Below, piece after piece: positions 47,577-51,777 of a stretch of DNA of 51,777 nt. A program made the position numbers and the translations under genes. The notes below the pieces were generated by a model. The model ran no database searches, was not told where the DNA came from, and saw nothing but the letters and a program-made list of their open reading frames with translations. Each line of letters starts with the position of its first letter. Positions within the stretch are counted from its first letter, which is position 1. The DNA is from Escherichia phage FritzSarasin, in the sequence record MZ501069. One strand, 5' to 3'.

Positions 47577-47768
47577 ATGCAATTGCCACCATTTAACGAA
47601 AAAAGCGAAGAGATTGCCAAAACTGCATGTCACCTTCGAGAGCTTGCCGACATGATAGAGCGCGGTCAGGTTATGATTGTCAATATGACTATCAAAAGCG
47701 AGAATAGAAATTTCAAGGTTTTAAGCGAGACAACAGAAATTACCGTCTTGAAAGCAAGGGGAGAGTAA
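47577..47768 (+). CDS. hypothetical small protein
   Basis: 63 aa with RBS GGAGGA. Confidence 0.45.
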   Translation: MQLPPFNEKSEEIAKTACHLRELADMIERGQVMIVNMTIKSENRNFKVLSETTEITVLKARGE

Positions 47769-47770
47769 TC

Positions 47771-48361
47771 ATGAAACGAGACATTATCATCCTTAATGGG
47801 CCTCCAGGTTGCGGGAAGGACACTATTGCAGCTTACCTAACGGGCCATCGTTACCCAGCGGTTAAGGCATCGTTCAAGCAACCTATGTTCGACATTGCTT
47901 TTTCTATGCTTGGCCCGACTCGATACGATGAATTTATGGATCTGTACAACGACCGAGAGCAAAAAGAAAAGCCTCAAGTTATCTTAGGCGGCAAGTCACC
48001 TCGACAATTCATGATCTGGATTAGCGAGGATGTAATGAAGCCAGTTTTTGGGGATCACTATTTCGGGCGTCGAATGGTTGAAGAGATTCACGAGATGTAC
48101 CGAGATTTGGCGGTTGTGATCAGTGATGGCGGATTCCCCGAAGAAATCAAGCCGCTTGTTAAGGAAGGGCATGAAGTGCATATTTGCCGATTGCATCGCG
48201 ACGGCTTCACGTTTGCTGGCGATTCGAGAGACTACATTGACCTGAGCGGTTATCACTATCGAATCCATCACTATGACTTCCAATTGCAGGACGGCAAGCC
48301 GGAAATGGCTGTAAACGAGATCGTCAATACGGTCAAATGGAAGCACACACAGATTAAATAG
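47771..48361 (+). CDS. P-loop kinase, dNMP-kinase-like
   Basis: 196 aa; N-terminal P-loop ILNGPPGCGKDT; later VISDGG and HICRLHR blocks resemble phage dNMP kinases (from memory). Confidence 0.55.
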   Translation: MKRDIIILNGPPGCGKDTIAAYLTGHRYPAVKASFKQPMFDIAFSMLGPTRYDEFMDLYNDREQKEKPQVILGGKSPRQFMIWISEDVMKPVFGDHYFGRRMVEEIHEMYRDLAVVISDGGFPEEIKPLVKEGHEVHICRLHRDGFTFAGDSRDYIDLSGYHYRIHHYDFQLQDGKPEMAVNEIVNTVKWKHTQIK

Positions 48362-48376
48362 CACGAATTGCTAAAC
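48357..48376 (+). promoter_or_regulatory. conserved promoter-module motif, variant copy (rightward)
   Basis: AATAGCACGAATTGCTAAAC + hairpin GCGGGGTTATCTGCCCCGC + TATAAT; ATG 75 nt downstream. Confidence 0.55.
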
Positions 48377-48431
48377 GCGGGGTTATCTGCCCCGCTATAA
48401 TGCGCACATCAACAAGCAAGAGGAAATTACA

Positions 48432-48812
48432 ATGGTTAACATCCGAAAAATCCGCGTCGGCACTAAATTCTTAGTTACTTATGCAATTCCCGATAGCGGA
48501 ATGAAGAAGGGCCAGATTGTTAAGGTTGATAGCAAAAGGTTCGGAATCCCTGGTATCAATGGCTATCTAATCAATAAAGATCTTGGATTCGACGGCTTCG
48601 CTATCCGTGCGCTTGAGGGTATTGTTGCCACTCTTAAGCGAATCACTAATCATCGCGGTTGTCCAATCAAGACGATTAAAGCGCCAATAAATTACGGCAA
48701 ACTGGATAATCGTCGAATCCGCCGCCTGGCGCGTAACGCGTTAAAATTCCGTGGCGTAGGCGATGATTTCTACTATGGATACAAGAGGATTGCGCGCAAT
48801 GCTGGGAAATAA
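48432..48812 (+). CDS. hypothetical protein
   Basis: 126 aa; basic. Confidence 0.55.
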   Translation: MVNIRKIRVGTKFLVTYAIPDSGMKKGQIVKVDSKRFGIPGINGYLINKDLGFDGFAIRALEGIVATLKRITNHRGCPIKTIKAPINYGKLDNRRIRRLARNALKFRGVGDDFYYGYKRIARNAGK

Positions 48813-48911
48813 CAATAACGCAACGAATCCTAAGCCACCTTTTGATTTTCATTCCGCAATGATTGCGGTATTATCAATGCTACTTTTTCTTTATAGCATG
48901 AGGGCGCTACT

Positions 48912-49160
48912 ATGGTTTTTAACGCATTGAAACGACTGTTTAAGCCGGAATACCGGATCGTATTTTGCCGCGACTGTTCTACTTATCATGTGCAGCGACG
49001 CAGCTTAGGCGGCAATTGGCACTATGTTACAGACGACTTTTTCGGCATCATTGCCACTGAATTTAAGTATTACAGTGATGCTTATATGTACGTCAAGAAT
49101 CGCCACCGCTTACGCAAGTGTCGTTTTTCCGTGCTGATTCACGTTAATGATTGTTACTGA
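48912..49160 (+). CDS. hypothetical protein
   Basis: 82 aa ORF. Confidence 0.45.
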   Translation: MVFNALKRLFKPEYRIVFCRDCSTYHVQRRSLGGNWHYVTDDFFGIIATEFKYYSDAYMYVKNRHRLRKCRFSVLIHVNDCY

Positions 49161-49167
49161 GGTGAAA

Positions 49168-49350
49168 ATGAAAACTGGCATTATTATTCTTTTTCTGATC
49201 CTTTTCGGCAGCTATTTAACCATTAACTATGAGGGCATTATGGCCTTTTGGGGCAACTTGATGATGTTTACCGCTGGTTCGATTGCTGGCTACTCTGACG
49301 GGAAAAAGGATGGCGTTCGCAAGATGCTGATGGGGCTTAAACAAAAATAA
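49168..49350 (+). CDS. putative small membrane protein
   Basis: 60 aa from ATG 49168 (RBS GAGGTGAAA); two hydrophobic segments. Confidence 0.4.
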   Translation: MKTGIIILFLILFGSYLTINYEGIMAFWGNLMMFTAGSIAGYSDGKKDGVRKMLMGLKQK

Positions 49351-49361
49351 GGGGATCTGAA

Positions 49362-49652
49362 ATGGCAAACAAAACTTACCGCAAACTACTGGTTAACGCT
49401 TTTGAAAATATCGCGCAGTGTAACAAGTGGAACGACTCTAAACACTCGCCAATCACAATGAAGCGCGCCGGATTCAAAAATGCTCGTTCATGGGCGCGAG
49501 CTTTCGCAGCTTGCTATATGCCGGATGGTGGACTAGGAGCGATGAACGAGTTTTTGATCAACATGATAGAGGAAGCTGCGCGAGAGGATCGACCGCTGAC
49601 ACAGCGAGATTTTGATGATTTCGCGCGCGATGAGCTTTACTATCTGAGCTAA
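49362..49652 (+). CDS. hypothetical protein
   Basis: 96 aa; stop TAA embedded in the next motif copy. Confidence 0.5.
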   Translation: MANKTYRKLLVNAFENIAQCNKWNDSKHSPITMKRAGFKNARSWARAFAACYMPDGGLGAMNEFLINMIEEAAREDRPLTQRDFDDFARDELYYLS

Positions 49653-49671
49653 TAGCACTTTTTGTTAAAAC
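49651..49671 (+). promoter_or_regulatory. conserved promoter-module motif copy (rightward)
   Basis: AATAGCACTTTTTGTTAAAAC + hairpin GGGCATTTGGTAAAGTGCCC; ATG 77 nt downstream. Confidence 0.6.
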
Positions 49672-49727
49672 TTCCGCAAGGGCATTTGGTAAAGTGCCCT
49701 TATTGAAGCGAAACAGAGGAAAGCGCA

Positions 49728-49940
49728 ATGAAAATCAAAATCACCAAAATCGACACTATCAACGGCGACGGATCAATCACTCTTGAGCAATGCGGTTTGG
49801 TTGTTGGTGATGTGCTGGAAGTTGACGGACATTTCAGCGACGGATCTTATTGTGTTATTGCGCCGCGTAACAGCGAGTTTATCAAGGCTGGCGACAATAT
49901 TAGTGTTAACCATGACGAATGCGAGGTAGTAGAAGAATGA
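49728..49940 (+). CDS. hypothetical small protein
   Basis: 70 aa with RBS GAGGAAAG. Confidence 0.5.
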   Translation: MKIKITKIDTINGDGSITLEQCGLVVGDVLEVDGHFSDGSYCVIAPRNSEFIKAGDNISVNHDECEVVEE

Positions 49941-50200
49941 TCACGATTAACCTGTCAGAGCAGCAAGCGCGCATTATGTTGTCGGCCTTCGGTTGGCGAG
50001 ACAATGACGGTTTACAGGCCACAGTTAAAATTTATGAGCCAGTGGCGCGTGAAGTTTTCAGCCAGCTAGAACACGCATTTGATCCTGCTGGGACTGAGCA
50101 AGCGGAAACTGCCGCATGGTTCGGAGAGAACGGATACAGAGATCAGCAAGTCGAAAACTGGAAGCGCATAAACGAGACTATGGAGGAATCAGGTTTATGA
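49937..50200 (+). CDS. hypothetical protein
   Basis: 87 aa from ATG 49937 (RBS GAGGTAG); overlaps upstream stop. Confidence 0.5.
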   Translation: MITINLSEQQARIMLSAFGWRDNDGLQATVKIYEPVAREVFSQLEHAFDPAGTEQAETAAWFGENGYRDQQVENWKRINETMEESGL

Positions 50201-50511
50201 TTTACATTCACTACTACCAAATCGGAACTAACGAGAACAAAAAAGAGCATCGTTTCATCCACGATGATTTGGACAAGGCAAAGGCCCAGCAACAGGTTTT
50301 AGGCGGCGTCATTCAGGCTTTTGAGCCTGTAGAAGATATTGAGTACCGCGAGAATTTAAAAGATGTTGTTATTGATGAGATCTCTTGCTTGATTGATGAT
50401 ATGACAAATCACGGCCCTGGTTCCCCGTGGGAAGATGCAGGATCTGTAACGTGGGATAAGGCAAAAGTTAAGACGCTAAACAACTTTCGAGAGATTCTCG
50501 ACGGTTTTTAA
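50197..50511 (+). CDS. hypothetical protein
   Basis: 104 aa from ATG 50197 (RBS GGAGGA); overlaps upstream stop. Confidence 0.5.
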   Translation: MIYIHYYQIGTNENKKEHRFIHDDLDKAKAQQQVLGGVIQAFEPVEDIEYRENLKDVVIDEISCLIDDMTNHGPGSPWEDAGSVTWDKAKVKTLNNFREILDGF

Positions 50512-50581
50512 TTAAAAACGCATAGCCGTTAGAGCGCCTCAATCGCATTCTAACGAGCTATTTTTCTGGTAAGGTGATTTA

Positions 50582-50710
50582 ATGGATGAGTACAAACAAC
50601 CTTCGCAGTGGTGCAAAGAGAAGCAAGAAGAGGCACTGGAGCGCGGAGATGTGGAAGAAGCTATGAACTATTTCAAACTTGCGGAAGAATGGAAGGGGAG
50701 AGGATACTGA
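50582..50710 (+). CDS. putative micro-ORF (not in ORF track)
   Basis: 42-aa ORF with RBS AAGGTGA; stop overlaps next ATG. Confidence 0.3.
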   Translation: MDEYKQPSQWCKEKQEEALERGDVEEAMNYFKLAEEWKGRGY

Positions 50711-50940
50711 TGTTCGGCATGAATGAGGCGCAATTCAACGCAGCTAAACGCCAGGCTAAAAAGTGCGGCGAGGCGATGAAAGCGGATGTGGAAAAGCGCG
50801 GGAAGTATGTTGATGAAGTAATGAAGGGCATCATTGCAGAACACTACCAGCCAATCGCGCCAATGTTGACGATCACTCAATTCATTTGGCTATGTGGTTA
50901 CTTGCGTGGACGTTGGGGGAACGCTTTCGACAGGGAATGA
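50710..50940 (+). CDS. hypothetical protein
   Basis: 76 aa from ATG 50710 (RBS GGGGAGAGGA). Confidence 0.45.
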   Translation: MFGMNEAQFNAAKRQAKKCGEAMKADVEKRGKYVDEVMKGIIAEHYQPIAPMLTITQFIWLCGYLRGRWGNAFDRE

Positions 50941-51102
50941 TTGACAACTCTTTCCTGATTGGTTAGCATGGCGTCGTTTACATAAGAGCGGCTTAGTCCG
51001 AACGCGTGACGCGATAGTCACACAACAACGGCGATATGCAGGAGGTTTTTGCAACGCAAAATAATCCATAAGACGTATCGCCTTTTTTAATGGAGATCCA
51101 AA

Positions 51103-51336
51103 ATGATTAAATACAAATTAACAGTTTCTTTCCGTGATACCGTTATTCATCCTTTCTACAATAGCTTTGTTAACAGCTTTACGGTAGAGGCGACAGAGGA
51201 TCAGCTGGACGGTGACGAAACTTGCATTTCTATTGGAAATGTTGCCTACCCGATTCACAACATTACCAGCATTAAGCGTGAGGTTGTCGCTGATGAATTA
51301 CAAAGTGAAGATGACGATCCGGCGAATGGGGCGTAA
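51103..51336 (+). CDS. hypothetical protein
   Basis: 77 aa with RBS GGAGA. Confidence 0.45.
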   Translation: MIKYKLTVSFRDTVIHPFYNSFVNSFTVEATEDQLDGDETCISIGNVAYPIHNITSIKREVVADELQSEDDDPANGA

Positions 51337-51474
51337 TTGCCAATCATGCAAACAGGAATATGAATGCGTAGTTGATGCTCTTGATGAACTGGAAGCAGTA
51401 GCAAAAGCAAAAGAGCAATCGGGCGCTAATCCTGAAACACATCAATTTTCAATTAATCTTGTGAGGGCTTTACA

Positions 51475-51699
51475 ATGATCGCATTATCTTTCTGCATTGG
51501 TTTTATCATGGCTATCATTATCTTTTCCGTTGTCATGCGCTTTGTTTATAAGTTCGTGATTAATAAAGGTTGGTACGCTTCTGCCATCTGGAGCGAAAAA
51601 CAAAAGAAATGGCTTGTTCGTGGTCAATACCTGACAATCGGTAGCAAGATCCTAAATTCCATTCGAGCCAAAGATGGAAAAGTAAAATATACAGCTTAA
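51475..51699 (+). CDS. putative membrane protein
   Basis: 74 aa; N-terminal hydrophobic helix; followed by terminator. Confidence 0.45.
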   Translation: MIALSFCIGFIMAIIIFSVVMRFVYKFVINKGWYASAIWSEKQKKWLVRGQYLTIGSKILNSIRAKDGKVKYTA

Positions 51700-51704
51700 A
51701 AATT

Positions 51705-51728
51705 ACCCGCCGCACGGCGGGTTTTTTA
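51705..51728 (+). terminator. rho-independent terminator
   Basis: ACCCGCCGCACGGCGGGT followed by TTTTTTATT; then TGGTATAAT and AGGAGG feed the terminase gene at position 1. Confidence 0.65.
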
Positions 51729-51777
51729 TTGCCCGTTGTCTGGTATAATCAGGCATCTAACCAAAGGAGGATTAATA

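Noticed and set aside
47370-47633. 87-aa minus-strand ORF
   Set aside because: The same interval is better explained by two plus-strand ORFs with RBSs (47424-47576 and 47577-47768) in a region where all neighbours are plus-strand.

Overview
The window looks like an essentially complete, circularly permuted genome (51.8 kb) of a virulent T1-like siphovirus of enterobacteria. All calls come from reading the sequence and ORF translations by eye; no database search was run. Evidence for the family assignment: lambda-like tail module M-L-K-I-J with a G/G-T frameshift, Cor-like lipoprotein, exonuclease/Erf/SSB recombination module, Dam methylase, SAR-type lysozyme with a unimolecular spanin, and a tail fibre with an S74 chaperone domain. 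Layout: 1-19852 packaging, head and tail (+); 19881-21051 cor-like operon (-); 21547-24082 recombination (+); 24112-28288 tail fibre, primase, HTH protein (-); 28376-34803 helicase, VRR-NUC, Dam, metallophosphoesterase, lysis (+); 34818-42109 leftward accessory cassettes including a P-loop ATPase operon and a compact C5-methyltransferase-like gene (-); 42802-51699 rightward small early cassettes with a HAD phosphatase and a dNMP-kinase-like gene (+). No integrase, repressor, tRNA or CRISPR array was seen. The strongest sequence-level signal is about 21 copies of a 21-bp motif (AATAGCACTTTTTGTTAAAAC); 18 of them head ~75-bp promoter-leader modules that delimit gene cassettes. The best candidates for an undescribed system are the P-loop ATPase two-gene operon (35240-37212) and the leftward array of small unknown genes (37281-42109).
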